Of a stretch of DNA of 50,014 nucleotides, positions 19,447 through 28,478 are shown one piece after another. The notes below the pieces were generated by a model, which searched no databases, was not told the DNA's origin, and saw only the letters and a program-made list of their open reading frames with translations. The position numbers and the translations under genes are program-made. The first letter of the stretch is position 1. Every line of letters starts with the position of its first letter. Source of the stretch: a virus (lineage: Duplodnaviria > Caudoviricetes); IMG/VR virus record IMGVR_UViG_3300036801_000108, positions 1-50,014 of that record, one strand, 5' to 3'.

Positions 19447-19594
19447 TGCGCCCGACTTCGGTCTTGTTCCGTGGACCGACTGGTTCGGAATACGGGATCG
19501 GCTTCACTTCCTGCTGACCGCCGTTGGTGGCGCGGGGTTTCTGGCCAGCACCGGAGTCCCGGCCATACATATCAAGGATATCATCCGCCATCAC
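19403..19594 (-). CDS. Small Gly-rich protein
   Basis: 63 aa, coupled to neighbours; ends HGCCGTQGRH. Confidence 0.6.
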   Translation of the reverse strand: MMADDILDMYGRDSGAGQKPRATNGGQQEVKPIPYSEPVGPRNKTEVGRNGTNHGCCGTQGRH

Positions 19595-19875
19595 AGTCTC
19601 CTTGCTACATCTGCTTGGGTTGTTGCTTCCTGGCCCTCAGCTTCTACGTTCGCATCAGGCCACTCCACTTGCTGCTGCTGGGCTTGGGCCGCGGCCACTG
19701 CATCGGCCTTGATCTGCGCGTTGATATCCATCAACTCAGTAATAGCCCACGATTGCAGATTGCTGAGTTTGCCTGTATGGCCATTGGCCTTCTCGGCGAT
19801 TTCGAGCAGATAGAACGCGCGGGCGAGTTGTTCGGTAGAGATATCGGTCATTTGTGCTTTCCTTGGCTGCCGCAT
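19591..19875 (-). CDS. Hypothetical protein
   Basis: ORF in the late operon; ends ARRL; start may be MTDIS. Confidence 0.6.
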   Translation of the reverse strand: MRQPRKAQMTDISTEQLARAFYLLEIAEKANGHTGKLSNLQSWAITELMDINAQIKADAVAAAQAQQQQVEWPDANVEAEGQEATTQADVARRL

Positions 19876-20054
19876 TCGTGAACAGTGGTACCGACCATCG
19901 GCGCTTCGAGGCCGCGGCCTTCATATAGCGGAAGGCTGGTGCCGCGGACTTGATGGATGCCGATCTCCGACACCGCAGCCGGGGACACAGCATGGGCAAT
20001 GGGCTCGCGCTTGGTGCTGCCCATGCTAGAGGTAGAGGCTTGGCCTTGTTTCAT
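19848..20054 (-). CDS. Small Gly-rich protein
   Basis: Starts MKQGQAS with AGGAG RBS and ATGA overlap; ends HECGSQGKHK. Confidence 0.65.
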   Translation of the reverse strand: MKQGQASTSSMGSTKREPIAHAVSPAAVSEIGIHQVRGTSLPLYEGRGLEAPMVGTTVHECGSQGKHK

Positions 20055-20452
20055 TGTGCATCGCTCCTTTTGAAAGTTAGTTGCTTCTTGTGATCCCATC
20101 TATTGTCTGGGTCTTCTGCCATTTCGCGTCGAATCTTTTCAATTGACCCTCCTTCGGTATTGTGGCCCTTAAGAATTTGACGATAGCGGTCGTCGAGGCG
20201 TTCTAGCTCGTCCAATGTGTGCTTCGGCGGCTTGCTGCCATGTTCTTCATACATGTACTTGATATCATGCACATCATGCATATAGTTCGCGAACCGCCGT
20301 AAGGACTCAGGTACTTCCTTCTCTGCATCACGATAGAAGCTCAGCAGTTCAGTGTTTTGCTTACGCAAAGTAACAAGCTCGCGGAAGATGCGCCATAGCA
20401 AATCGCGTTCGGTGATGCTATCGTCCAGTTTGAATTCGGGTTCATCGGTCAC
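20051..20452 (-). CDS. Hypothetical protein
   Basis: 133 aa charged helical ORF in the operon. Confidence 0.65.
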   Translation of the reverse strand: MTDEPEFKLDDSITERDLLWRIFRELVTLRKQNTELLSFYRDAEKEVPESLRRFANYMHDVHDIKYMYEEHGSKPPKHTLDELERLDDRYRQILKGHNTEGGSIEKIRREMAEDPDNRWDHKKQLTFKRSDAQ

Positions 20453-20541
20453 TATGGGTTTCCTTCAATACCGAGTGAGAGCCATACAGCGAATGCGGCT
20501 AGGAGAAATATCGCACCAAGTATGCATAAGAACACCGTCAT
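20452..20541 (-). CDS. 29-aa single-TM micropeptide (MTVFLCILGAIFLLAAFAVWLSLGIEGNP)
   Basis: Translated by hand; ATGA-coupled to the upstream gene and fills the gap exactly. Confidence 0.45.
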   Translation of the reverse strand: MTVFLCILGAIFLLAAFAVWLSLGIEGNP

Positions 20542-21959
20542 CTCGGGTCCGTGGATCGCCAGCCGATCACATAAATCGACAGGGCGGCCCCGCCGGTGAC
20601 CTTATAGCCGAACTTGATATTGCTATCCATTTGCAACCACCACATGGCGGTATCGGAGATGGTGGCAACGGCGGTGTTACCAGCCGGGATACCGGTGCCG
20701 CCGACTCCATTGACGCTGATGAAGCATTGGCCCAAAGTCACAGCGCTAGTGCACACCGTCATCAACAGCGCCATGCGATTGATGTTGGAAAGGACCGGTG
20801 TGGCATCGACTTGGGCAACGGAGGTTGAGGTGCCGTTGGCTAGGACTTGGAACGGAGTACAGGCGCAGGCATCGGTTAGGGTGACATCAACACCGTTGGG
20901 CGTGCCTTGGAAGTCGGGGATGCCGTTGGTGCCGCCCGGGATGCCAGAGGAGCCCCACCGGGTCCAAGACCAGATGAATGAGCCCCAAGGGAGCCCGCGA
21001 TCGAATTTGACTACATTAGCACCGAGTTGGAAGTCGATATCGGCTTGGGTGCCCCATTGACCCTCAACAGAGCCGATAGCATCAGTGGTGGTAGTGAGGC
21101 AAGACCCCGCGTTGGCATTGGCAACAGAAGTGGCAAGGGTGATTTGATCAACGTCTGGGACGGTGCAGACGTAGTAGTGAACTCCTTGGGCTAATGGCGA
21201 AGGCAGAGTGCCACCGTTAGATAATAGATATATAGACTGTCGTGGACGCAGGCCGTGTGGTGCAGAGAAGACAAGGATGCCTGGAGCCCCTGCTGTTGAG
21301 GCAAAGGTTAGCGAGAACGGGCCCTGGATGTCAGAGGAGTCGGCAAAGAAGATCGGAGCGTTGTTAGAGATGCAGTGGCCCATATAGAGATAGACCTCGA
21401 CTCCATCGGTGGAGTCGGAGGTTGGATCGAGAGCACCGGACATCATCCCGCCGAAGGATGGTGATGGCGCGTTATTGCAGGTGACGGTCGAGACGGTTAG
21501 ATCGGCTTTGAGGGTATTGTTGAGTAGGCCATTGGACCAGACCTTGTCGCCGGTGTTGTTGCACCATGAGCCGTAGTTGAGTTCTAGTTCGCCACCGCCA
21601 ACCTTGCCCGGGAGCAGGCCGTCGATATAGCCGATGCAGTTAGCGACTGTGGCAAATGGACCGTAGGTGTTGCCGTTGGTCTTGGTACAGGTAATGGCAC
21701 CAGTAGTGGTATCGGTGGTACAGTCCCCGGACATGGTGAAGCCACCAAAGAGCCCGGAGTTGTTGTATTGAATTTGGCCATTGGTGCCACCAGCGCCCAC
21801 AGAGAAGCCACTGGGCGAGGTGGGACGTGGGACGTTGCTCGAGCCAGTGGCATTGCCACAGACAGTGTTGGTGGGGAAGACACCGTTGCACTGGGCCCAT
21901 GCGAAGGACGGGGCGAGGAGTACGACGAGAGTGGCAAGGGTGAGTAGAAGCTTTCTCAT
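20538..21959 (-). CDS. Signal-peptide-bearing tail-fibre-like protein
   Basis: Signal MRKLLL...AWA|Q; fibre-type GGTNGQIQYNNSG motif; 14 Cys. Confidence 0.7.
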   Translation of the reverse strand: MRKLLLTLATLVVLLAPSFAWAQCNGVFPTNTVCGNATGSSNVPRPTSPSGFSVGAGGTNGQIQYNNSGLFGGFTMSGDCTTDTTTGAITCTKTNGNTYGPFATVANCIGYIDGLLPGKVGGGELELNYGSWCNNTGDKVWSNGLLNNTLKADLTVSTVTCNNAPSPSFGGMMSGALDPTSDSTDGVEVYLYMGHCISNNAPIFFADSSDIQGPFSLTFASTAGAPGILVFSAPHGLRPRQSIYLLSNGGTLPSPLAQGVHYYVCTVPDVDQITLATSVANANAGSCLTTTTDAIGSVEGQWGTQADIDFQLGANVVKFDRGLPWGSFIWSWTRWGSSGIPGGTNGIPDFQGTPNGVDVTLTDACACTPFQVLANGTSTSVAQVDATPVLSNINRMALLMTVCTSAVTLGQCFISVNGVGGTGIPAGNTAVATISDTAMWWLQMDSNIKFGYKVTGGAALSIYVIGWRSTDPR

Positions 21960-22381
21960 TGCAAAAGATTCCAGCCGCCGGTGTCGAGGAGTGGTTCGAG
22001 AATGATGGAGCCGAAGTTCGAGGCAAGGTCCACGTTAGCGAGGCCAGAGATTAGTTCGGTGTCGAATGGGACTATGCGAAAGGTGTTCGCTGCGGCGTTG
22101 CCACCGATATCGACCACGGTGACTGGGTTAATGACCCATTGGCCCGGGATGGCTTGTGGGCCTTGGGGCGTGGCCTTGGAGGAGGATAGGTTCAGGGTCA
22201 CATTGCCGTTCGCACTGATCTTGATCAAGCTGGTGCCGCGGGCAATGGAAAAGGTGCCCGCGGCGGTAATGGGGAGGACAGCAGCGACCGGGACCAGCAA
22301 GTGACCGACCGACGGCCCCATGTAGGTGCGTTGGAACTGCCGAAAGGTCCCGCCTTGATCGAGATCGGTTTGGGAGCCCAT
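21956..22381 (-). CDS. Small beta-rich structural protein (no signal peptide)
   Basis: 141 aa; VTLNL, VVDIGG and GGWNL resemble fibre-associated beta domains. Confidence 0.6.
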   Translation of the reverse strand: MGSQTDLDQGGTFRQFQRTYMGPSVGHLLVPVAAVLPITAAGTFSIARGTSLIKISANGNVTLNLSSSKATPQGPQAIPGQWVINPVTVVDIGGNAAANTFRIVPFDTELISGLANVDLASNFGSIILEPLLDTGGWNLLQ

Positions 22382-22927
22382 TTATGCTCTCCGGATTGCG
22401 GCCTCAGGGCTAGCCTTGACCGAAGTCAGTGTGGCGATCAATGCAGCGTTCTGCTGCATCATTGCTGTCATAGCTTGCAGCATATCCGACATGCCTTCGA
22501 TTTTGACGTTGCTGTCTTTGTTCGCCGCGGACTCTTTCATATTGGCAAACTGTTGCATGAGAGCGTGGCCATAGTTGTTATCTTCGCTCGGCTTGGCTTG
22601 CCACTTCTCAGTGAAGCTTTCGGAGATTTCTCGAGCTTCGTCATCAAGCGGAAACATATCGGGGGTTGGATCGCCGGTAAAAAGGTAGTCCCGCGATTCA
22701 TGGGCTTTGTCTTTGTAGGCGACAATGATATCACCATCGAGGACTTCGCCACGGGGGTTACGAATGACATTGCCGTTCCAGAGCTTGGGGTCTTTTACGT
22801 CAAGAAGATAGGGAACAGCATAACGCTTACGGACTTCTTGCCCGGTCATTTGATCAACTTCCATCTGTTCCCATTCTTTGCCTTCGACGCTGAGGTAATG
22901 AGCAACAATGAGTTTCCATCGAGCCAT
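22382..22927 (-). CDS. Hypothetical protein
   Basis: Starts MARWKL with AAGGA RBS; GDPTPDMFPLD motif; ends AIRRA. Confidence 0.7.
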   Translation of the reverse strand: MARWKLIVAHYLSVEGKEWEQMEVDQMTGQEVRKRYAVPYLLDVKDPKLWNGNVIRNPRGEVLDGDIIVAYKDKAHESRDYLFTGDPTPDMFPLDDEAREISESFTEKWQAKPSEDNNYGHALMQQFANMKESAANKDSNVKIEGMSDMLQAMTAMMQQNAALIATLTSVKASPEAAIRRA

Positions 22928-23009
22928 AGTTAGGTTCCTTTCTAAGTTTCCACGCAAGAAGAAGCATGGATGGGGTTAAGTAAAGCATGATCAGGTGCCA
23001 AAAGGTCAT
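22854..23009 (-). CDS. Possible single-TM micropeptide (MTFWHLIMLYL...)
   Basis: TGATG-coupled start; hydrophobic N-terminus followed by KLRK. Confidence 0.35.
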   Translation of the reverse strand: MTFWHLIMLYLTPSMLLLAWKLRKEPNYGSMETHCCSLPQRRRQRMGTDGS

Positions 23010-23116
23010 CAGTACACGTTGATCCCTTGAGCCATCATCATCGAATTGACAATCAGCGGAAATTCTACCGGATCGACTGAGCCATCGCCGAGGAAGCCCA
23101 TTGCGACTTTGGTCAT
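23009..23116 (-). pseudogene. 35-aa remnant paralogous to the C-terminus of the upstream beta-helix protein
   Basis: MTKVAMGFLGDGSVDPVEFPLIVNSMMMAQGINVY aligns without gaps to SQVAFAAIGSGAIDYTALNLVVMSGMMAYGINQQ. Confidence 0.6.
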
Positions 23117-25599
23117 TGTTGATTAATCCCATAAGCCATCATCCCGGACATGACAACTAGGTTGAGCGCGGTGTAGTCAATTGCTCCGCTACCAATCGCA
23201 GCGAATGCAACTTGGCTTGTGGAAAAGTCTTGTGGAGTTCCGTTGTTATTGGCCGCGAGCAAGAACACGCTAAATGCTGGCAGGGTTGACGGCGCAGCCG
23301 TGTTGAAGTGCGTTGATGTGCCATTGTAGATATTATCGGCCCGGTTGGATGCAGAGCGTACTACACCATTCAGACCGACGGCAGCGTTAGGGATGGTCCC
23401 GCCCGGCGAAGATGGGCCATTATTGTTGTTGATCGAGGCGTACTGCGACCCATCGGTAAATGTATAGATGCCAGCTTCTGTGGTGTCCCCGATATTGGTC
23501 GCAAAGATCGGAGCTTTGTTGGTAGCGCCCCCGGTTAGCAGATAGACAAATATCGACCCGCTGTTGAGTGTGTAGACGCCGCCCGCCGTCAAAGGTGTAT
23601 ATTGCGTGTCGATGTAGCTGGTGGTGCCATTGCTGGTATAGCCGTGCAAAGCGGAGAAAGTAGGGGAGTTATGCGTGACAAGGCTAAACGAAGAACCGTT
23701 AAGATTGAGCAGCGACGCTGCCGCATTAGGCGCTGCTAACCAGTACGCAGTATCAAGCGACGAGGCAAAAATGCCGTTGCATAGCAATGAATTGTATACG
23801 ACGTTATCGAGTTTTGCGAACGACGATACGCGCGCAAGGAAAGTCGTCGCTGGTGTGCAGGACGCCGCGAATGACGTGAAGTCCCCGGCCGCCGCGCCAA
23901 CCGGCAGCGTCGATGCCGTGACGGCTGTGCCGTAGTAATCGGTCGAGAGCGGCGTGATGCTGAACTGCGTCGTGACGTTCTGCCCGGTGCCGATCATCGG
24001 CGATCCGGATTGCAGGTTGTTGGCCATGTCTTGCAGGGGCAGATAGCCGCCGGTTGTAAACAGGCCACCGGGAACGTAAAGCGACGGATTGGAGGTCAGG
24101 CCGACGTTCGATCCGCTGATCTTCTCCTGAGAGGTTGCAGTCTGCCACGCGGCAAAGGCCGTTGCGACCGAGGCGTTGGTATAGGTCGAGCCGTTCCACG
24201 CCCACGTCGCGGTGGTGCCGTAGGTGTAATAATCGTTCCCGATAAAGGTGAAGGTCGAAGGGTGCGTGAAATTGGTGAACTTGCCGCCGTTGTTGACCGC
24301 GAAGATGTTGTTGGCGACCTTGAGCGTGTAAGCCTGGTTCGACGAGCCGACATCGCCAATGGCCGAGCCGCCGCGAGATTGAACGACGGTGTTGTTGTAA
24401 ATATAATACGGCCCGGTGGCCGCCTGCGAGAACAACAGCAGGATTTCAGAAGCCGAGGTCTGATCCTTTAGATTATTTTGAAACAGGTTGAAGGCGGCGG
24501 TGTTGTTGCCCCAAACTGCGCAACAGGTACCGTCGCTGTAGTTTTCTCCGGACCAAGCGAAGCCCGCGTTATCGTGAATTTTGTTGTGATGTGCTATTGA
24601 ATTGGTTTGCCCACCATCGAAGCCGCCACCGTCCGCGTGATTGCCAGCAGGGCCGGTCAATCCATTGTACATCTCGTTGTAGCTGATCTCGACCTGATCG
24701 GCATCCGCGGACCAAATACCACCGGGCTCGAACGGGCCATTGTTGAGACCGCCGAAATCGTGCGCGACGTTTGAGCAAGTGGAGCATCCGCCAATAACAA
24801 AGCCACGCGCCTCGAATACACCAATACCAGAACCAGACCAATTCGTCATGCCCGCGCCATTAGTGCCGGTGCAATTAAAAACTGTGTTGTTCGTGATCGT
24901 ACCGCCGATGTGAGCAGGTGTTGTGGCACCGGAGCCATAATTGGTTTTTGAAAAAACGTGGATGCAGGCAGTGCCGAACGTGTCCGTAGAATTGCCCGTT
25001 ACATCGTGAACCGTGCTTCCTGTAATTAATGTATTGAAGAAACCAGAGCTCCCATTCGATCCTTGAATTGCAATTCCATCGTATCCATACCCCGAAACCG
25101 TCACCCCCGAGATCGTCGGTCCAGCAAGCTTGGTGTTGCCTGCTTGATTGTTGATGAAGATTATTCCTGCCGTGGTGTTGGTGAGATTGCCGCCGCCTGT
25201 ACATGTTATATTGCTAATTGTTACCGATGCAATATTGGTTGCGGTTATGCACGAAGTCGAATTATCCGAACTGATCGTTGCTACGCCAGTTCCGTAGGAA
25301 TTGATCGTGAGACCAACTTGCGCAGTGGCCGGAGTGAAGACCAGCGGCGCGGCCGAAGTCTGTGTAAACGTATCGCCGCCATTGAATAAGATCGTGACAT
25401 TCGGTCCGAACCGCTGCGCCGCGACCTTGGAAACGGTTTGCCATGGGTTAGCCTGGGTACCAGGGTTGCTGTCGGAGCCGGACGCGGCGACATAGTACGT
25501 GCCAGTTAAGCGCGCACTTCCGCCTGCCAGTGGAAACCAGCCCGCAACTGCGAGGCCAGACCAAAGCCAGAGGATGATAAGGGCGAGGATACGTTTCAT
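23113..25599 (-). CDS. Signal-peptide-bearing right-handed beta-helix protein (tailspike/depolymerase-like) with a C-terminal lectin-like region
   Basis: Signal MKRILAL...AVA|G; YYVAASGSDSNPGT..NPWQT motif; Asn/Gly beta-helix repeats; ATGA coupling. Confidence 0.8.
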   Translation of the reverse strand: MKRILALIILWLWSGLAVAGWFPLAGGSARLTGTYYVAASGSDSNPGTQANPWQTVSKVAAQRFGPNVTILFNGGDTFTQTSAAPLVFTPATAQVGLTINSYGTGVATISSDNSTSCITATNIASVTISNITCTGGGNLTNTTAGIIFINNQAGNTKLAGPTISGVTVSGYGYDGIAIQGSNGSSGFFNTLITGSTVHDVTGNSTDTFGTACIHVFSKTNYGSGATTPAHIGGTITNNTVFNCTGTNGAGMTNWSGSGIGVFEARGFVIGGCSTCSNVAHDFGGLNNGPFEPGGIWSADADQVEISYNEMYNGLTGPAGNHADGGGFDGGQTNSIAHHNKIHDNAGFAWSGENYSDGTCCAVWGNNTAAFNLFQNNLKDQTSASEILLLFSQAATGPYYIYNNTVVQSRGGSAIGDVGSSNQAYTLKVANNIFAVNNGGKFTNFTHPSTFTFIGNDYYTYGTTATWAWNGSTYTNASVATAFAAWQTATSQEKISGSNVGLTSNPSLYVPGGLFTTGGYLPLQDMANNLQSGSPMIGTGQNVTTQFSITPLSTDYYGTAVTASTLPVGAAAGDFTSFAASCTPATTFLARVSSFAKLDNVVYNSLLCNGIFASSLDTAYWLAAPNAAASLLNLNGSSFSLVTHNSPTFSALHGYTSNGTTSYIDTQYTPLTAGGVYTLNSGSIFVYLLTGGATNKAPIFATNIGDTTEAGIYTFTDGSQYASINNNNGPSSPGGTIPNAAVGLNGVVRSASNRADNIYNGTSTHFNTAAPSTLPAFSVFLLAANNNGTPQDFSTSQVAFAAIGSGAIDYTALNLVVMSGMMAYGINQQ

Positions 25600-26402
25600 T
25601 GCTGCACGTAAGTCAGGACGCCTTTGGCAAACACGGCATTCCCCAGTGTCACGGCGCATACTCCATTGGACGCAGGGGCTGTAATGATCGTGCCAGCACC
25701 GTTGCCGTAATCGATCTGCGTTGGGGTTGTAGAGACTGCCGCGTCATTCGAGCCATAGGCACCGGTCAAATCGGTCGGTGACGTGCAGGCTGCGCCAGTG
25801 CCGTATTCGAATTTGATGGAGTTAGCAGTAGTCGCTGAGCCCGCGAGCGCTAGAGAATAACCGCATACGTAAACCGTGGTCGATCCAGACACAGCGACTA
25901 GCGAAGTCGTGGTTGCTGACGTGATGCTGATCGCAACCGATGATTTCTTGGCGTAACTGCACGGGTCTTGATCAGATGCAAAGGTGACTGGAACTGAGTT
26001 GGCTTTGGTTGCTTGGCCAAGGGCGATAACGCCAGGGGAAAGCGGGTTGAGTTGGACAGTGAGGGATGGATCGGTGGCGACTGCGGCCGTGGATGCAGGC
26101 TTGACTGCAACGGGACCATTGGTTGCATCGCCAATGCGAACCCACCACGCTTGAGCATTGGTTCCGGCGTTGCCTTGATTTGCTGTGGCCGAGCCAGCGG
26201 CGTTGGTGCAAAGGGAGCCTTGGGCATTCATCGCAACGTAGGCTACGGCGTTGTTTGTAAGCGAGGCCGCACCACAGGTGGTGACGACTTGGACTCCCAT
26301 CACAGTGACGCCCGCGGGCGGAGGCATGGTAAAGGTAGACTGAGCCCTAGCTTGGCCGAAGCTGAGGCTTAAGGCAAAGGCTAGGAGCAGGATTCGTTTC
26401 AT
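25596..26402 (-). CDS. Signal-peptide-bearing Ser/Thr/Ala-rich structural-like protein
   Basis: Signal MKRILLL...ARA|Q; GGAG RBS; 6 Cys. Confidence 0.75.
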   Translation of the reverse strand: MKRILLLAFALSLSFGQARAQSTFTMPPPAGVTVMGVQVVTTCGAASLTNNAVAYVAMNAQGSLCTNAAGSATANQGNAGTNAQAWWVRIGDATNGPVAVKPASTAAVATDPSLTVQLNPLSPGVIALGQATKANSVPVTFASDQDPCSYAKKSSVAISITSATTTSLVAVSGSTTVYVCGYSLALAGSATTANSIKFEYGTGAACTSPTDLTGAYGSNDAAVSTTPTQIDYGNGAGTIITAPASNGVCAVTLGNAVFAKGVLTYVQQ

Positions 26403-26426
26403 ATCAGTCTCCAAGACCGAACGTGG

Positions 26427-27518
26427 TTATTGAATGGGAATAGGCGAAGGCCGAGGCTGATCGAGCCAAGGTCGCGATGGGTTAGGCCGTGATAGCTGAT
26501 CGCGTCGCCGGTGAGGCATAAGATGCCGAAGCTGGCCCCAACCACGACTAGCGCGACCCGTAAGAACACAGCCGATGAATGCAAGAACCGGGCACCAAAG
26601 CGGGAAGTAGAAGAGGCCGAGAATGGCGAAGGCGAGGAGAGTGCCGCGATAGGGGAAGGCTGAGCGGAGGAGGGCGAGGGCCAGGATGGCGTAGGCGGCG
26701 ATGGCTGCCGGGCCGAACTCGAAATAGAGTTGGAGATAGTCATTGTGAACGAACTCCGCATGGACGAGGCGGGGGATTTGGAGCTTGGGGTCGATATCGA
26801 CGTAGTAGAGGGAATTGAAGGCACCGACTCCGTTGCCCAGCCATGACCAATGGCGCAGGGCTTCGCCCCAGAGCATCAGGCGTTGGGTGTCGGTGCGGCC
26901 AAGGATCGCAGTGGCGAAGATGGCGACGGCGAGAATGGGGATGGCGATCAGCCAACGAGGGAATATGCGGGAGAGTAGGCCGCAGGCGAGGATCAGCCAA
27001 GCGCCACGGGAGTTGGCGAGGTAGAGAGATGGGGCGAGGCCTAGGAGCCAGCGGCGGTCGCCCATTTCGAAGATGGCAATCGCGACGAGTGCGGCCGCAG
27101 CGCCGAGGACGGTTGGGTTGTAGAACAGGCCCGGTGGCGCGTTCTCGGGGATGGCGAGGACTGGAGAGAAGCCGAAGGCTTGGGCAATGGCGATTGTGGA
27201 AGAGATGGTGATACCGCAAGCAAGGCCGTGGAATAGAGCACGGAGATCGATTTCGGTAGCGCCAAGGCGGAAGCATAGGGCCCAGATAGTGGCTTGCCAT
27301 AGGCCAAAGATCGCGTCGTAGGAGATAGGGGACCAAGCAAGCGAAGCAGCGGCCCATGCGAGAAAGGCAGCGCCCAACCAAAACGCAGGACCGGATATGG
27401 TTGGGCGCCAGAGGAAGAACGGCAAGATGATGGATAACACGGCCCATTGCGCAGGGATCGTGGCACCGATGTAACCGGGCACGTAGCAGACTGCGATGAT
27501 GAGGCCGAGGTAGAACAT
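26427..27518 (-). CDS. O-antigen ligase / O-oligosaccharyltransferase family (Wzy_C) membrane protein
   Basis: About 10 hydrophobic segments; GLFYNP, SRGAW, RLMLW, WLGNGVGAF and HNDYLQLYFEFG WaaL/PglL-type motifs. Confidence 0.85.
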   Translation of the reverse strand: MFYLGLIIAVCYVPGYIGATIPAQWAVLSIILPFFLWRPTISGPAFWLGAAFLAWAAASLAWSPISYDAIFGLWQATIWALCFRLGATEIDLRALFHGLACGITISSTIAIAQAFGFSPVLAIPENAPPGLFYNPTVLGAAAALVAIAIFEMGDRRWLLGLAPSLYLANSRGAWLILACGLLSRIFPRWLIAIPILAVAIFATAILGRTDTQRLMLWGEALRHWSWLGNGVGAFNSLYYVDIDPKLQIPRLVHAEFVHNDYLQLYFEFGPAAIAAYAILALALLRSAFPYRGTLLAFAILGLFYFPLWCPVLAFIGCVLTGRASRGWGQLRHLMPHRRRDQLSRPNPSRPWLDQPRPSPIPIQ

Positions 27519-27982
27519 CAGCTAGCCGATGGGCAGTAGTAGGTGGCTTTGTTGTTGGCACCGACGGCACCGGAGCCGGTGATGGCGAGTGAGGTAGTAG
27601 CGACGGTGTAGGAGATGGTGGTGGTGATGGTGCCGTTCATCGAGACAAGGCACCAAGGGACGCTGGCGAATGCAGTGCCAAAGGTGACGGTCGCGGTAGT
27701 GGCGACCGCGCTCATGGTGACCACGCCAGCGGAATCGGTGCCGACGATGGTGGGGGTGGTGGCGCCCGAGGACACGGTGGGTGCTGGACGAGTGCCGCCG
27801 GTTGGCCAGAGAAGATGGCCGGGGAGGGCGAGGCCGAGGTTGGTATCGACACCGAACTGGCCCGTGGCGTCTTGGGAGAGTTGCAGGGCCTTGTTAATGG
27901 TCTGGGCCCCAGCGAAGCCGATGCCGAGGGCAAGGCCCAAGCCAAGAGCGCTAGAGAGTAGGCGAGAGCGGAGGTTGCGCAT
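27518..27982 (-). CDS. Signal-peptide-bearing Thr-rich fibre/decoration-like protein
   Basis: Signal ...FAGA|Q; TVTFGTAFASVPWC fibre-tip-like motif; 2 Cys; TGATG-coupled to the ligase. Confidence 0.75.
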   Translation of the reverse strand: MRNLRSRLLSSALGLGLALGIGFAGAQTINKALQLSQDATGQFGVDTNLGLALPGHLLWPTGGTRPAPTVSSGATTPTIVGTDSAGVVTMSAVATTATVTFGTAFASVPWCLVSMNGTITTTISYTVATTSLAITGSGAVGANNKATYYCPSAS

Positions 27983-27984
27983 GG

Positions 27985-28467
27985 CTATCTGATCCTATAC
28001 CATTTGTTTGCTGTGGTGGAATACTGCCAAGTGCTGGAAGTTGCAGTCGAGGCAGTGCAAGAGGTAGGGTTGGTGCCAACGAGGGTAGTGCTCGCTGGGG
28101 CGGATGCAGCAGCGATAGTAAGGGTCGTGGTGTCGCCACCGGGGCAGGAAATGGAGATGGTCTGCCCGGTGTAGGGGTTAGCGGGGAGGGTTACAAGCCA
28201 TGTGGTGATGGCGCCAGTGGCGATTAAGGCGTCATCTTGGGCCCGGGCCAAGGATGTGGCGGTGGTGGTGGTGGCAACGAGAGTATGGTTGCCGCCAGAG
28301 CGGAGGACGTAGGCTGGGACTTGAATGCCTGAGCCACCGGCAGGGAGTGATGCGTTGACGATCTCGGTGCCGACGAGGTTCTTGGTATAGAGACCTTGGG
28401 CCCAAGTCGCGCCAACTGCAAGGGCCCCGAATAAGGCCCCTGCGAGAAGTGTGCGTTTGAGGTGCAT
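27985..28467 (-). CDS. Signal-peptide-bearing Thr-rich structural-like protein
   Basis: Starts MHLKRTLL...TWA|Q with GAGGT RBS; VTLPANPYTGQ motif; ends KWYRIR; 2 Cys. Confidence 0.75.
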   Translation of the reverse strand: MHLKRTLLAGALFGALAVGATWAQGLYTKNLVGTEIVNASLPAGGSGIQVPAYVLRSGGNHTLVATTTTATSLARAQDDALIATGAITTWLVTLPANPYTGQTISISCPGGDTTTLTIAAASAPASTTLVGTNPTSCTASTATSSTWQYSTTANKWYRIR

Positions 28468-28478
28468 GGGATGTGACC

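Noticed and set aside
21888-21959. Lipoprotein signal at AWAQC in the 473-aa protein
   Set aside because: WAQC does not fit the lipobox; AWA|Q fits SPase I cleavage like the neighbouring proteins.
20538-25599. Diversity-generating retroelement as in BPP-1
   Set aside because: No reverse transcriptase and no template/variable repeat pair differing at adenines; the 23009-23116 duplicate is similar only at protein level.
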